Shown: in pieces, positions 39,257 through 48,099 of the stretch | How the letters are laid out: each line of letters opens with the position of its first letter | How positions within the stretch are numbered: the stretch's first letter is position 1 | Assembly: GCA_964572475.1 (NCBI GenBank) | Contig: CAZNEZ010000006.1 | Span: 6,389 to 70,388 of the forward strand | Direction of reading: 5' to 3' | Length of the DNA stretch: 64,000 nt | Origin: an uncultured Lachnospiraceae bacterium | GTDB lineage: Bacteria; Bacillota; Clostridia; Lachnospirales; Lachnospiraceae | Translations under genes and position numbers: made by a program | Notes under the pieces: generated by a model | The model's database searches: none | What the model saw: only the letters and a program-made list of their open reading frames with translations | Told to the model about the DNA's origin: nothing

Positions 39257-40357
39257 ATGACAAATGAAAGAAATATGCCTAAATATTTTGCCCTAATGGA
39301 AGAACTGAGAAGAAGCATGATATCTGGTAGAATTAAGCCAGGACAGAAGCTCCCATCGGAGAATGAACTCTCAGAATCATATGGAATTAGCAGACATACA
39401 GTACGCAAGGCACTATCAATTCTTATTAATGATGGCTACATAGTGGCTGAACATGGAAGAGGAACATATTGTTCTGAAAGATTTAAGAACAATGCAACTT
39501 CTAAGAACATTGCAGTTATTACAACTTATATATCCGATTACATCTTTCCAAGGCTTATTCAGGGAATAGATAAAGTACTTACGAACAAAGGGTACAGTAT
39601 TATTCTTAAGAATACGATGAATAGTCAGAGAAATGAAGCAAGATGTTTAGAAGATATTATGACAAAGAATATTGATGGATTGATTATTGAACCAAGTAAA
39701 AGTGAAGTTTACAGCAAGAATCTTAGCTATTATGAGAATTTGGACAAGCTGGGAATACCTTATGTGTTTATACAAGGTACATATATGGGACTCAAGAAGA
39801 AACCGAATATTACAATGGATGATGCTAAAGGTGGATTTATACTTACGGAATATCTGCTAAAGCTTGGACATAAGAATATAGTAGGAATCTTTAAGATTGA
39901 TGATGTTCAGGGAAGAAACCGACATAAAGGCTATGTACAGGCATTACAGCAATACAATATTCAATATGATGCAGACAAAGTAATCTGGTTTCATACAGAA
40001 GACAGAGATAAGAAGCCTGCAGCGGCAGTTGAAGAGCTTGTTGAAAGTGGTATGGATATTGATGCAGTAGTGAGTTATAATGATCAGATAGCACTAGAAG
40101 TTATTGAACTTCTTAACAAAAAGGGTATCAAAGTTCCACAGGACATATCCATAACGGGATATGATAATTCATTTATTTCAGAAACTGGACCAGTAAAACT
40201 TACAACTATTGGTCATCCCAAAGAGAAGATGGGAGAGATGGCGGCTGAATTGTTGCTAGAAAAGTTAGATGGCATATCTGATGAGGACAGCAAGGTGCAA
40301 AGAGTTATTGAACCTGAGATGATTATCAGGAATTCATGCATCGATAGAAAAAAGTAA
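39257..40357 (+). CDS. araR: arabinose repressor AraR (GntR-type HTH + LacI/PBP1 sugar-binding domain)
   Basis: GntR HTH LPSENELSESYGISRHTVRKAL fused to a periplasmic-binding-protein-like domain. Immediately upstream of araA-araD. ATG 39257 with SD GGAGG. Confidence 0.8.
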   Translation: MTNERNMPKYFALMEELRRSMISGRIKPGQKLPSENELSESYGISRHTVRKALSILINDGYIVAEHGRGTYCSERFKNNATSKNIAVITTYISDYIFPRLIQGIDKVLTNKGYSIILKNTMNSQRNEARCLEDIMTKNIDGLIIEPSKSEVYSKNLSYYENLDKLGIPYVFIQGTYMGLKKKPNITMDDAKGGFILTEYLLKLGHKNIVGIFKIDDVQGRNRHKGYVQALQQYNIQYDADKVIWFHTEDRDKKPAAAVEELVESGMDIDAVVSYNDQIALEVIELLNKKGIKVPQDISITGYDNSFISETGPVKLTTIGHPKEKMGEMAAELLLEKLDGISDEDSKVQRVIEPEMIIRNSCIDRKK

Positions 40358-40415
40358 ATATGTAGAAGACGAGTTCTTTTACTTATTATATAACACATTT
40401 TAAGGAGGATTTTAT

Positions 40416-41912
40416 ATGTTAACAACTAAGAATTACAAGTTTTGGTTCTGCACAGGCTCACAAGATTTATATGGTGATGAGTGTCTTAGAAAAGTAGCAG
40501 ATCATTCAAAGAAAATTGTTGAGGCATTAAATGCATCAGGAAAGCTTCCATATGAAGTTGTTTGGAGACCAACATTACTTTCACAGTCATTAATCAGAAA
40601 AGAGTTTAATGCTGCTAATGCAGATGAGGAGTGCGCAGGCGTTATTACTTGGATGCATACATTCTCACCAGCTAAGATGTGGATTTTAGGATTAAAGGAA
40701 TTCAAAAAACCTTTATGCCATTTACACACACAGTTTAATGAAGAGTTACCATATGACACAATTGATATGGACTTCATGAATGAGAACCAGTCAGCTCATG
40801 GTGACAGAGAATATGGTCATATTGTTAGCCGTATGGGAATCGAAAGAAAGATTATCGTTGGACATTGGTCAAGCGAATCAGTTCAGAATAGACTTGCAAG
40901 CTGGATGACAACTGCTATTGGTGTTGTAGAATCAAGCCATATCAGAGTTTGCCGTTTTGGCGATAACATGAATAATGTTGCAGTTACAGAAGGCGATAAA
41001 GTTGAAGCACAGATCAAATTTGGTTGGGAAATCGATCATTACTGTGTAAATGATGTTGTTGATTATGTAAATGCTGTTTCAAAGGGCGATGTTGATGCTT
41101 TAGTTGAAGAATACTACAAGTTATACAAAGTAATTGATGATGGCAGAGATGCTGCTGAATTTAGAAAACATGTTGCAGTACAGGCTCAGCAGGAGATTGG
41201 AATTGAAAAATTCCTCGTTGACAATAACTATCAGGCAGTTGTTACTCACTTCGGTATGCTTGGAGGATTACAGCAGTTACCAGGACTTGCTATTCAGAGA
41301 TTAATGGCTAAAGGCTATGGTTTTGGAGCTGAAGGTGACTGGAAAGTTGCTGCTATGGTTCGTTTAATGAAATTAATGACAGCTAACATGAAAGATGCTA
41401 AGGGTTCTTCATTAATGGAAGATTACACATACAACTTAGTAGCTGGTAAAGAAGGAATTCTTCAGGCTCATATGTTAGAAGTTTGCCCTACAGTAGCTGA
41501 TGGCGATATAGGAATGAGAGTTTGCCCATTATCAATGGGTAACAGAGAAGATCCAGCACGTCTTGTATTTACAGCTAAAGAAGGACCAGCAGTTGCTACA
41601 TCATTAATTGATCTTGGCGATAGATTCAGACTTATTATCAACGCTGTTGATTGTAAGAAGACTGAAAAGCCTATGCCTAAGTTACCAGTTGGTACAGCTT
41701 ACTGGACACCACAGCCTAACTTAGAGGTTGGTGCTGAAGCTTGGATTCTTGCAGGTGGTGCTCACCATACAGCATTCTCATATGATTTATCAGTTGAGCA
41801 GATGGTTGATTGGGCAGAAGCAATGGGTATCGAAGCTGTAGTTATTGATAACAATACAGATATCAGAACATTTAAGAATGAATTAAAATGGAATTCAATT
41901 GCCTACAAATAA
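40416..41912 (+). CDS. araA: L-arabinose isomerase
   Basis: 498 aa. N-terminus FWFCTGSQDLYGDE, then HGDREYG and EGDWK motifs. SD AGGAGG. Confidence 0.93.
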   Translation: MLTTKNYKFWFCTGSQDLYGDECLRKVADHSKKIVEALNASGKLPYEVVWRPTLLSQSLIRKEFNAANADEECAGVITWMHTFSPAKMWILGLKEFKKPLCHLHTQFNEELPYDTIDMDFMNENQSAHGDREYGHIVSRMGIERKIIVGHWSSESVQNRLASWMTTAIGVVESSHIRVCRFGDNMNNVAVTEGDKVEAQIKFGWEIDHYCVNDVVDYVNAVSKGDVDALVEEYYKLYKVIDDGRDAAEFRKHVAVQAQQEIGIEKFLVDNNYQAVVTHFGMLGGLQQLPGLAIQRLMAKGYGFGAEGDWKVAAMVRLMKLMTANMKDAKGSSLMEDYTYNLVAGKEGILQAHMLEVCPTVADGDIGMRVCPLSMGNREDPARLVFTAKEGPAVATSLIDLGDRFRLIINAVDCKKTEKPMPKLPVGTAYWTPQPNLEVGAEAWILAGGAHHTAFSYDLSVEQMVDWAEAMGIEAVVIDNNTDIRTFKNELKWNSIAYK

Positions 41913-41945
41913 GACATTGAATTAAAAACAGAGAATAAACTTTTT

Positions 41946-41980
41946 GAGACATGCTGCCAGCTTTGCTTGCGGCATGTCTC
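41946..41980 (+). other. intercistronic hairpin between araA and araD
   Basis: GAGACATGC / GCATGTCTC (9 bp) with a 17-nt loop and no T-run. Possible stabiliser or processing site. Confidence 0.4.
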
Positions 41981-42001
41981 TGATAAAGGAAAGGAAATGA
42001 A

Positions 42002-42703
42002 ATGTTAGAACAGTTAAAAAAAGATGTATACGAAGCTAATATGGACCTTGTAGATAAAGGAATGGTTATTTACACATGGGGAAATGTTAGTGGAATTGAT
42101 CGCGAAAAAGGACTTGTAGTAATTAAACCAAGTGGTGTTGATTATTCAGTTATGACAGCTGATGATATGGTAGTTGTTGACCTTGAAGGTAATGTAGTAG
42201 AGGGAAAATGGAAACCATCTTCAGATACAGCAACACATTTAGTTATGTATAAGACATATCCAGCCATTGGTGGTGTAGTTCATACACATTCTACTAATGC
42301 AGTTACATTTGCACAGGCTGGAATGAGTATTCCTGCATTTGGAACAACACATGCAGATTATTTCTTTGGAGACGTTCCTTGTACAAGAGACCTTACTAAG
42401 GAAGAGATAGAAGAAGCTTATGAATTAAATACAGGAAAAGTTATCGTAGAGACAATAGGTGATAATGATCCTATGGCTATTCCAGGAATAGTTGTTAAGA
42501 ATCATGGACCATTTGCATGGGGAAAGACTCCAGCAGGTTCTGTATATAATGCAGTAGTTCTTGATAAAGTAGCAGAGATTGCTTATAAGACAATGACACT
42601 TAACCCAAGAGTTAAGAGAGTTCCACAGCATTTATTAGATAAGCATTACTATAGAAAACATGGTGCAAATGCATATTATGGTCAGGGATCAGAAGATCAC
42701 TAA
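42002..42703 (+). CDS. araD: L-ribulose-5-phosphate 4-epimerase
   Basis: Class II aldolase/epimerase. [26 protein letters not shown]. 233 aa. Confidence 0.9.
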   Translation: MLEQLKKDVYEANMDLVDKGMVIYTWGNVSGIDREKGLVVIKPSGVDYSVMTADDMVVVDLEGNVVEGKWKPSSDTATHLVMYKTYPAIGGVVHTHSTNAVTFAQAGMSIPAFGTTHADYFFGDVPCTRDLTKEEIEEAYELNTGKVIVETIGDNDPMAIPGIVVKNHGPFAWGKTPAGSVYNAVVLDKVAEIAYKTMTLNPRVKRVPQHLLDKHYYRKHGANAYYGQGSEDH

Positions 42704-42756
42704 ACCCGGACTTATATAATAGACTAAATAATGTATTTATTAAAGGAGGAAACAAA

Positions 42757-43410
42757 ATGAAATTTTTTATTGACACAGCTAATGTAGAAGACATTAAGAA
42801 AGCAAATGATATGGGTGTGATTTGTGGTGTTACAACTAATCCATCTCTTATTGCAAAAGAAGGTAGAGACTTTAAGCAGGTAATAGCTGAGATAGCTTCA
42901 ATCGTAGATGGACCAATTAGCGGAGAAGTTAAAGCTACAACAGTAGATGCAGCTGGAATGATTGCTGAAGGTAGAGAAATAGCTAAGATTCATAAGAATA
43001 TGGTGGTTAAGATTCCTATGACAGTTGAAGGATTAAAAGCTTGTAAAGCTCTTACAGCTGAAGGAATTAAGACTAATGTTACACTTATCTTTTCTGCAAA
43101 TCAGGCATTACTTGCAGCTAGAGCAGGTGCTACATATGTATCACCATTCTTAGGACGACTTGATGATATTTCACAGCCAGGTATGGACCTTGTTAGAACT
43201 ATCGCAGATATCTTTGATGTTCATTGCATTGATACAGAGATTATTGCAGCATCAGTTAGAAACCCAATTCATGTTACAGATTGTGCATTAGCAGGCGCAG
43301 ACATCGCAACAGTACCTTATAAGGTAATAGAGCAGATGACAAAACATCCATTAACAGATCAGGGTATTGAAAAATTCCAAGCAGATTATAAAGCTGTATT
43401 TGGCGAGTAA
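42757..43410 (+). CDS. tal: transaldolase, short form (Tal/FSA family)
   Basis: [15 protein letters not shown]...GVTTNPSL, Schiff-base Lys context VVKIP. 217 aa. Confidence 0.88.
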   Translation: MKFFIDTANVEDIKKANDMGVICGVTTNPSLIAKEGRDFKQVIAEIASIVDGPISGEVKATTVDAAGMIAEGREIAKIHKNMVVKIPMTVEGLKACKALTAEGIKTNVTLIFSANQALLAARAGATYVSPFLGRLDDISQPGMDLVRTIADIFDVHCIDTEIIAASVRNPIHVTDCALAGADIATVPYKVIEQMTKHPLTDQGIEKFQADYKAVFGE

Positions 43411-43459
43411 ATTTAATGCATAATTGCAGATATCTAGATAATGTAAAGGAGAATGTAGC

Positions 43460-44299
43460 ATGAATAAAGTAGAATTACAAAAAGCTGCAAACGAAGTGCG
43501 TAAAGGCATTGTTACAGCTGTTCATAGCGCTAAAGCTGGCCATCCGGGTGGGTCTTTATCAGCAGCAGACGTGTTCACATATTTGTATTTTGAGGAAATG
43601 AATATAGATCCTAAGTATCCTAAGAAGGCAGACAGAGATAGGTTTGTATTATCAAAAGGTCATACAGCACCAGGTTTATATTCAACTCTTGCACAGAGAG
43701 GATATTTCCCAGTAGAAGACCTTAAAACTCTTCGCCAGATAGGTTCATATCTTCAGGGACATCCTGATATGAAACATATCCCAGGTGTTGATATGTCTTC
43801 TGGTTCACTTGGACAGGGAATCTCAGCAGCAGTTGGAATGGCTCTCTCAGCCAAATTAAGTGATGACACTTACAGAGTATATACATTACTTGGTGATGGC
43901 GAGCTTCAGGAAGGTCAAGTATGGGAAGCATCAATGTTTGCAGGAGCAAAAAAGCTTGATAATCTGGTAGTTATTGTTGATAATAATGGACTTCAGATTG
44001 ATGGTAAGATAGATGATGTTTGTTCACCATATCCTATTGGAGATAAATTTAAGGCATTTAATTTCAATGTAATTGAAAATGTTGATGCACATGATTTTGA
44101 TGCTTTGAAAGCAGCATTTGATGAAGCTAAAGCAACAAAAGGTATGCCAACAGCCATTATCGTTAAGAGTACTAAAGGTAAAGGCATTTCATTCATGGAG
44201 AATAACGCGGGATGGCATGGCAAGGCTCCTAATGATGAAGAGTATGCTATTGCTATGTCAGACTTAGAGAAGGTAGGTGAAGCAATATGTCAGAAGTAA
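43460..44299 (+). CDS. transketolase, N-terminal (TPP-binding) subunit
   Basis: GHPGGSLS, LSKGH, GDGELQEGQVWEA. Split transketolase arrangement. Confidence 0.9.
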   Translation: MNKVELQKAANEVRKGIVTAVHSAKAGHPGGSLSAADVFTYLYFEEMNIDPKYPKKADRDRFVLSKGHTAPGLYSTLAQRGYFPVEDLKTLRQIGSYLQGHPDMKHIPGVDMSSGSLGQGISAAVGMALSAKLSDDTYRVYTLLGDGELQEGQVWEASMFAGAKKLDNLVVIVDNNGLQIDGKIDDVCSPYPIGDKFKAFNFNVIENVDAHDFDALKAAFDEAKATKGMPTAIIVKSTKGKGISFMENNAGWHGKAPNDEEYAIAMSDLEKVGEAICQK

Positions 44300-45225
44300 A
44301 GAAAGTAGCAACTAGAGAAAGTTATGGTAACGCACTTGTTGAGTGTGGTGCAATATATGATAATTTAGTAGTTCTTGATGCTGACTTAGCTGAAGCTACT
44401 AAGACAGGAATCTTCAAAAAGGCATATCCTGAGCGTCATATTGACTGTGGTATTGCAGAATGTAATATGGTTGGTATTGCAGCAGGACTTGCAGCAACAG
44501 GCAAGGTTCCATTTGTAAGTTCATTTGCAATGTTTGCAGCAGGACGTGCATTTGAGCAAGTTCGTAACTCGGTTGGATATCCACATCTTAATGTTAAAAT
44601 TGGAGCTACACATGCTGGAATTTCAGTAGGTGAAGATGGAGCTACACATCAGTGCAACGAAGATATAGCGCTTATGAGAACTATACCTGGTATGGTTGTA
44701 ATCAATCCATCAGATGATATTGAAGCAAGAGCAGCCGTTAAGGCGGCAATTGAGCATGATGGTCCTGTTTATCTTAGGTTTGGACGTCTTGCAACACCTA
44801 TTATTAACGACAATACAGATTACAAATTTGAAATTGGCAAAGGTGTTAAATTAAGGGAAGGTAAGGATCTTACAATCATAGCAACAGGACTTTGTGTGGC
44901 AGAGAGTCTTGCAGCAGCAGAAAAACTTGCAGCAGAGGGTATTGAAGCTGAGGTAATCAATATTCATACAATTAAGCCTCTTGATGAGAAGCTTGTTGTT
45001 GAATCAGCTAAGAAGACAGGTAAAGTTGTTACTGTTGAAGAACATTCAGTAATTGGTGGTCTTGGAAGTGCAGTATGTGATTGCTTAAGTGAGAATTGCC
45101 CAACAAAAGTATTAAAGATTGGAGTAAATGATGTATTTGGTGAATCAGGACCAGCAGTAAAGCTTATTGCAAAATATGGACTTGATGCAGATGGCATTTA
45201 TTCTAAGATTAAAGAATTTATTTAG
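44287..45225 (+). CDS. transketolase, C-terminal (pyrimidine-binding) subunit
   Basis: DCGIAECNMVGIAAGLA, GATHQ, EEHSVIGGLGSAV. Overlaps the N-terminal subunit gene by 13 nt. Confidence 0.9.
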   Translation: MSEVKKVATRESYGNALVECGAIYDNLVVLDADLAEATKTGIFKKAYPERHIDCGIAECNMVGIAAGLAATGKVPFVSSFAMFAAGRAFEQVRNSVGYPHLNVKIGATHAGISVGEDGATHQCNEDIALMRTIPGMVVINPSDDIEARAAVKAAIEHDGPVYLRFGRLATPIINDNTDYKFEIGKGVKLREGKDLTIIATGLCVAESLAAAEKLAAEGIEAEVINIHTIKPLDEKLVVESAKKTGKVVTVEEHSVIGGLGSAVCDCLSENCPTKVLKIGVNDVFGESGPAVKLIAKYGLDADGIYSKIKEFI

Positions 45226-45242
45226 TGAATATGTAGACAAAG

Positions 45243-45269
45243 GAAAGGGGATTATCCCCTTTTCTTTTA
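45243..45269 (+). terminator. intrinsic terminator of the ara/tkt operon
   Basis: GAAAGGGGA-TTA-TCCCCTTTTC followed by TTTT. Confidence 0.65.
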
Positions 45270-45394
45270 TATCATAGGATTAGGGGAGTTTTATGGTATA
45301 ATACAAATTGTAGAATGTAAAAATGATGAATGAAAAATGATAAAGAAAAGTGAATGGAGGAAAGTGAAAGAAAATATTTTTTCACAGATACTAA

Positions 45395-46102
45395 ATGGAT
45401 CAAGATACAAGAAACATAGTAATGAATAGTATAGCAAAGACACCAGTACCTGAAGGGCTTGTGGAACAGGCAGAACAGTTTGAAAGATTAATGGTGCTTA
45501 ACAGATGTGCAATTAAAGAAGTAAGAACAAAACTTGAAATTCTCAATGAGGAATTGTCACTTAAAGCAAGTCATAATCCCATCGAGATTATTAAATCCAG
45601 AGTTAAGAATCCTGTAAGTATTATTGATAAGATGAGAAGAAATAATTGGGAAGTATCGGTTGAATCTATTATGGAACATCTTAATGATGTTGCTGGTATA
45701 AGGGTGATTTGTTCATTTGTTAATGATATATATGATGTGGCAGAGATGCTTACAAACCAAAAAGATGTAACACTCCTTAATTATAAGGATTATATTGAGA
45801 CACCAAAGGAAAATGGTTATAGATCACTACATTTGATAGTGGAGATACCAGTATTCCTATCAGATAGAATGGTTCCTATGAAGGTTGAAGTTCAAATTCG
45901 TACAATGGCTATGGATTTTTGGGCAAGTATAGAACATCAGCTAAAATATAAAAAAGGCGTGCCTGATGAAGATAACATTGTAGCTAAGCTTAAAGATTGC
46001 GCAGAAGTTATTAATCAGACAGATATTAAGATGCAGGACATTTATCATGATATTCTAAGACGTGAAGAAAAAGAAGAATTAACAGGTTATGAAAATCTAT
46101 AA
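45395..46102 (+). CDS. small alarmone synthetase (RelQ/RelP-type GTP pyrophosphokinase)
   Basis: RelA_SpoT synthetase motifs DVAGIRVICSF, YRSLHLIV, VEVQIRTMAMDFWASIEHQLKYK. 235 aa, no hydrolase domain. An extended -10 TGGTATAAT lies at 45294-45302. Start uncertain (weak SD). Confidence 0.85.
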   Translation: MDQDTRNIVMNSIAKTPVPEGLVEQAEQFERLMVLNRCAIKEVRTKLEILNEELSLKASHNPIEIIKSRVKNPVSIIDKMRRNNWEVSVESIMEHLNDVAGIRVICSFVNDIYDVAEMLTNQKDVTLLNYKDYIETPKENGYRSLHLIVEIPVFLSDRMVPMKVEVQIRTMAMDFWASIEHQLKYKKGVPDEDNIVAKLKDCAEVINQTDIKMQDIYHDILRREEKEELTGYENL

Positions 46103-46250
46103 AAATTAATTTAATTAATTAGATAATAATCCTTCTATTCAGATATTATTTTGTGGTATAATATGAATAGTTATTACGAAACCTATTGTATTGCAAAGCA
46201 AAGTGAGTTGGAGACGTTTTAAGTCAAAGCGTAGAGGAGGCGTTATTTTT

Positions 46251-46892
46251 ATGGAAGACAGAGTAATCAAGATTAATGCACCAATGAATAATAAAATTGT
46301 ATTAAAAGTTGTACCTGGACATTTTGCTACTAATAATTCACATCTTAACTATTATTTGGATATGACGACAATAAAGTCCAGACAGAGTGAGGCTAAAGAA
46401 GTTGCTAAAGCATTAAAACTAGAATACGTATGTAATACTATAGTTGACACTATAGTGTGTATGGATGGCTGTGAAGTTATTGGAGCTTATCTGGCGGAAG
46501 AGTTATCAGAAGCTGGATTTATGTGTAGGAATGCGCATAAAACTATCTATATTGTTACACCAGAATATAATGCATCTGGTCAGATGATATTTAGAGATAA
46601 TCTTCAGATTGCAATTAAAGATAAGCATATTATTCTGTTGGTGGCATCGGCTACCACGGGTGGAACAGTGAAGAAAAGTATTGAGTGTATTAATTACTAT
46701 GGTGGTAATATTCAAGGAGTATCTGCTGTGTTTAGTGCGGTAGACCAGGTAGAAGGAATACATGTGGATTCAGTATTTAAGAAATCAGATGTACCAAATT
46801 ATGAGACATATGAAGCTCATGAATGTCCATATTGTAAAAAGGGACATAGGATAGAGGCAATTGTTAATAGCTTTGGATATTCAAAACTATAA
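46251..46892 (+). CDS. type I phosphoribosyltransferase-fold protein with degenerate PRPP motif
   Basis: The PRPP-loop region reads HIILLVASATTGGT, with Ala-Ser replacing the acidic pair. C-terminal CPYCKKGH. ATG 46251 with SD AGAGGAGG is preferred to TTG 46191. Extended -10 TGGTATAAT at 46154-46162. Confidence 0.6.
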   Translation: MEDRVIKINAPMNNKIVLKVVPGHFATNNSHLNYYLDMTTIKSRQSEAKEVAKALKLEYVCNTIVDTIVCMDGCEVIGAYLAEELSEAGFMCRNAHKTIYIVTPEYNASGQMIFRDNLQIAIKDKHIILLVASATTGGTVKKSIECINYYGGNIQGVSAVFSAVDQVEGIHVDSVFKKSDVPNYETYEAHECPYCKKGHRIEAIVNSFGYSKL

Positions 46893-46903
46893 AAATCACG
46901 AAA

Positions 46904-46969
46904 CAACATAGAACATTTAAGAAGAATGCTTCGCATTCTTCCAAGCACTTGCGCAGGCAAGTGCTTTTT
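46904..46969 (+). repeat. twin-hairpin intergenic element, copy 1
   Basis: CAACATAGAACATTTAA + GAAGAATGC-TTC-GCATTCTTC + CC + AAGCACTTGC-GCAG-GCAAGTGCTT + T-run. Confidence 0.9.
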
Positions 46970-46990
46970 AGATAATAGGAAATCATGCAG

Positions 46991-47057
46991 CAACATAGAA
47001 CATTTAAGAAGAATGCTTCGCATTCTTCCAAGCACTTGCGCAGGCAAGTGCTTTTTT
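46991..47057 (+). repeat. twin-hairpin intergenic element, copy 2 (tandem, 87-nt period)
   Basis: Identical core to copy 1, followed by ATAGGAAATTACGCAG (47058-47073). Confidence 0.9.
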
Positions 47058-47077
47058 ATAGGAAATTACGCAGACTA

Positions 47078-47881
47078 TTATAATTTAGGTTCATTATGAC
47101 TAGGCTTAAGATTAGGAGCTTCAGGAGCTTCTGAATTAAGAACATCTAAAGAAATCTTCATTATATTCTTAACTTCTTCCTCTGATAGAGACATATATTC
47201 ACAAAGCTCTTCTATGGTTGCCTCACGTCCTAATTTTTCTGCAAGTGTAGTTGAAGCATCACTTAATGCGTTTGCACGATCAGCGAGATGATTAGCTATT
47301 CGTTCAGAACCTGTTTGTTCTGCTATAGCATTTTCAAGAGACTGACATATAGATTCCCTAATATGAGAAGTAAAATCAGAATCTCCAGAGTAGGTTTTGA
47401 TTCCCTGAACTAGTCCCAGATTACCTTCCTGAATAAGGTCTCCCATGCCTACTCCATTTCCTTTGTAATTTTCAGCTAAATCTAAGACATATTGTAGCTT
47501 TAATTCAATTAATCTTTCAGAAGCTCCGGTATCACCAGACAAATATTCCTCGATAAGAAGCCTTTCTTCATCAGGTCCAGCAGGAACAATGGCATCCAGT
47601 TCTTCCAGATACATATTAACAAAATTAATCTCCATAGGGTCTTCTTTAACAACGTCATTTGTTACATTAGAGGAAAATTCGTTGTTAAGAGGGGCCTGAT
47701 AATGTTCGATAGAGATTTTGTTAGCAACTAAATATTCATATATATGTTCATACATATCTTTATTATCTATAATATCTTTAAATGTATCCTGTATCTGAGT
47801 GAGCTTTAACTTGTTGTTCTGAACACTAGCAAGTTCAACTAATGAGGCTAATGCTTGATTAAATTCAAATTTCTTATCCAT
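47078..47881 (-). CDS. primary-sigma-like protein with regions 1.1-3.1 but no region 3.2/4
   Basis: Region 1.2/2 (FVNMYLEEL..., LIELKLQYVLDLAENYKGNGVGMGDLIQEGNLGLVQGIKTY) and region 3.0/3.1 (LAEKLGREATIEELCEYMSLSEEEV) align with RpoD. The protein ends about 25 aa later. ATG 47881 with SD GGAG. Confidence 0.65.
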   Translation of the reverse strand: MDKKFEFNQALASLVELASVQNNKLKLTQIQDTFKDIIDNKDMYEHIYEYLVANKISIEHYQAPLNNEFSSNVTNDVVKEDPMEINFVNMYLEELDAIVPAGPDEERLLIEEYLSGDTGASERLIELKLQYVLDLAENYKGNGVGMGDLIQEGNLGLVQGIKTYSGDSDFTSHIRESICQSLENAIAEQTGSERIANHLADRANALSDASTTLAEKLGREATIEELCEYMSLSEEEVKNIMKISLDVLNSEAPEAPNLKPSHNEPKL

Positions 47882-48099
47882 AAAAACTCCATTCTTTATA
47901 ATTAAAAGGTTAATGAGTAACACTTAAATTGTACAAGGAATGTGTAAAAAATGCAAGAACCATCTAATCTTGGTAAGCTAGATAAGTTAAAGAAAGAGAA
48001 TAAGATGTAAATATAGATAATTCTGGTAAATAGTCAGGATTGAATACAAAAGAGTTTTGTTGTATAATAATTTCAATTGTATTTGAATAGGAGAAGAAT

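Noticed and set aside
40416-45225. Absence of a ribulokinase (araB) and of an arabinose transporter from the ara cluster
   Set aside because: A single window cannot show that they are missing from the genome. Clostridial AraR regulons are commonly split over several loci.
45364-45429. 21-codon uORF (GTG start, strong SD GGAGGAAA) overlapping the start of the alarmone synthetase gene
   Set aside because: It is short and has no recognisable conservation. It could equally mean that the synthetase start is mis-assigned. It is noted only as a reason for the start-codon uncertainty.
46817-47047. 76-aa minus-strand ORF ([19 protein letters not shown]... repeated twice)
   Set aside because: It is simply the translation of the two tandem twin-hairpin elements. 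The internal peptide repeat mirrors the 87-nt DNA repeat. The other element copies do not preserve any reading frame, because their compensatory stem changes alter the peptide.
46893-47075. Possible CRISPR array, because of regularly spaced repeats
   Set aside because: There are only two full units. The material between the conserved cores is itself repeated, so there are no unique spacers. No cas genes are present, and further copies are dispersed singly.
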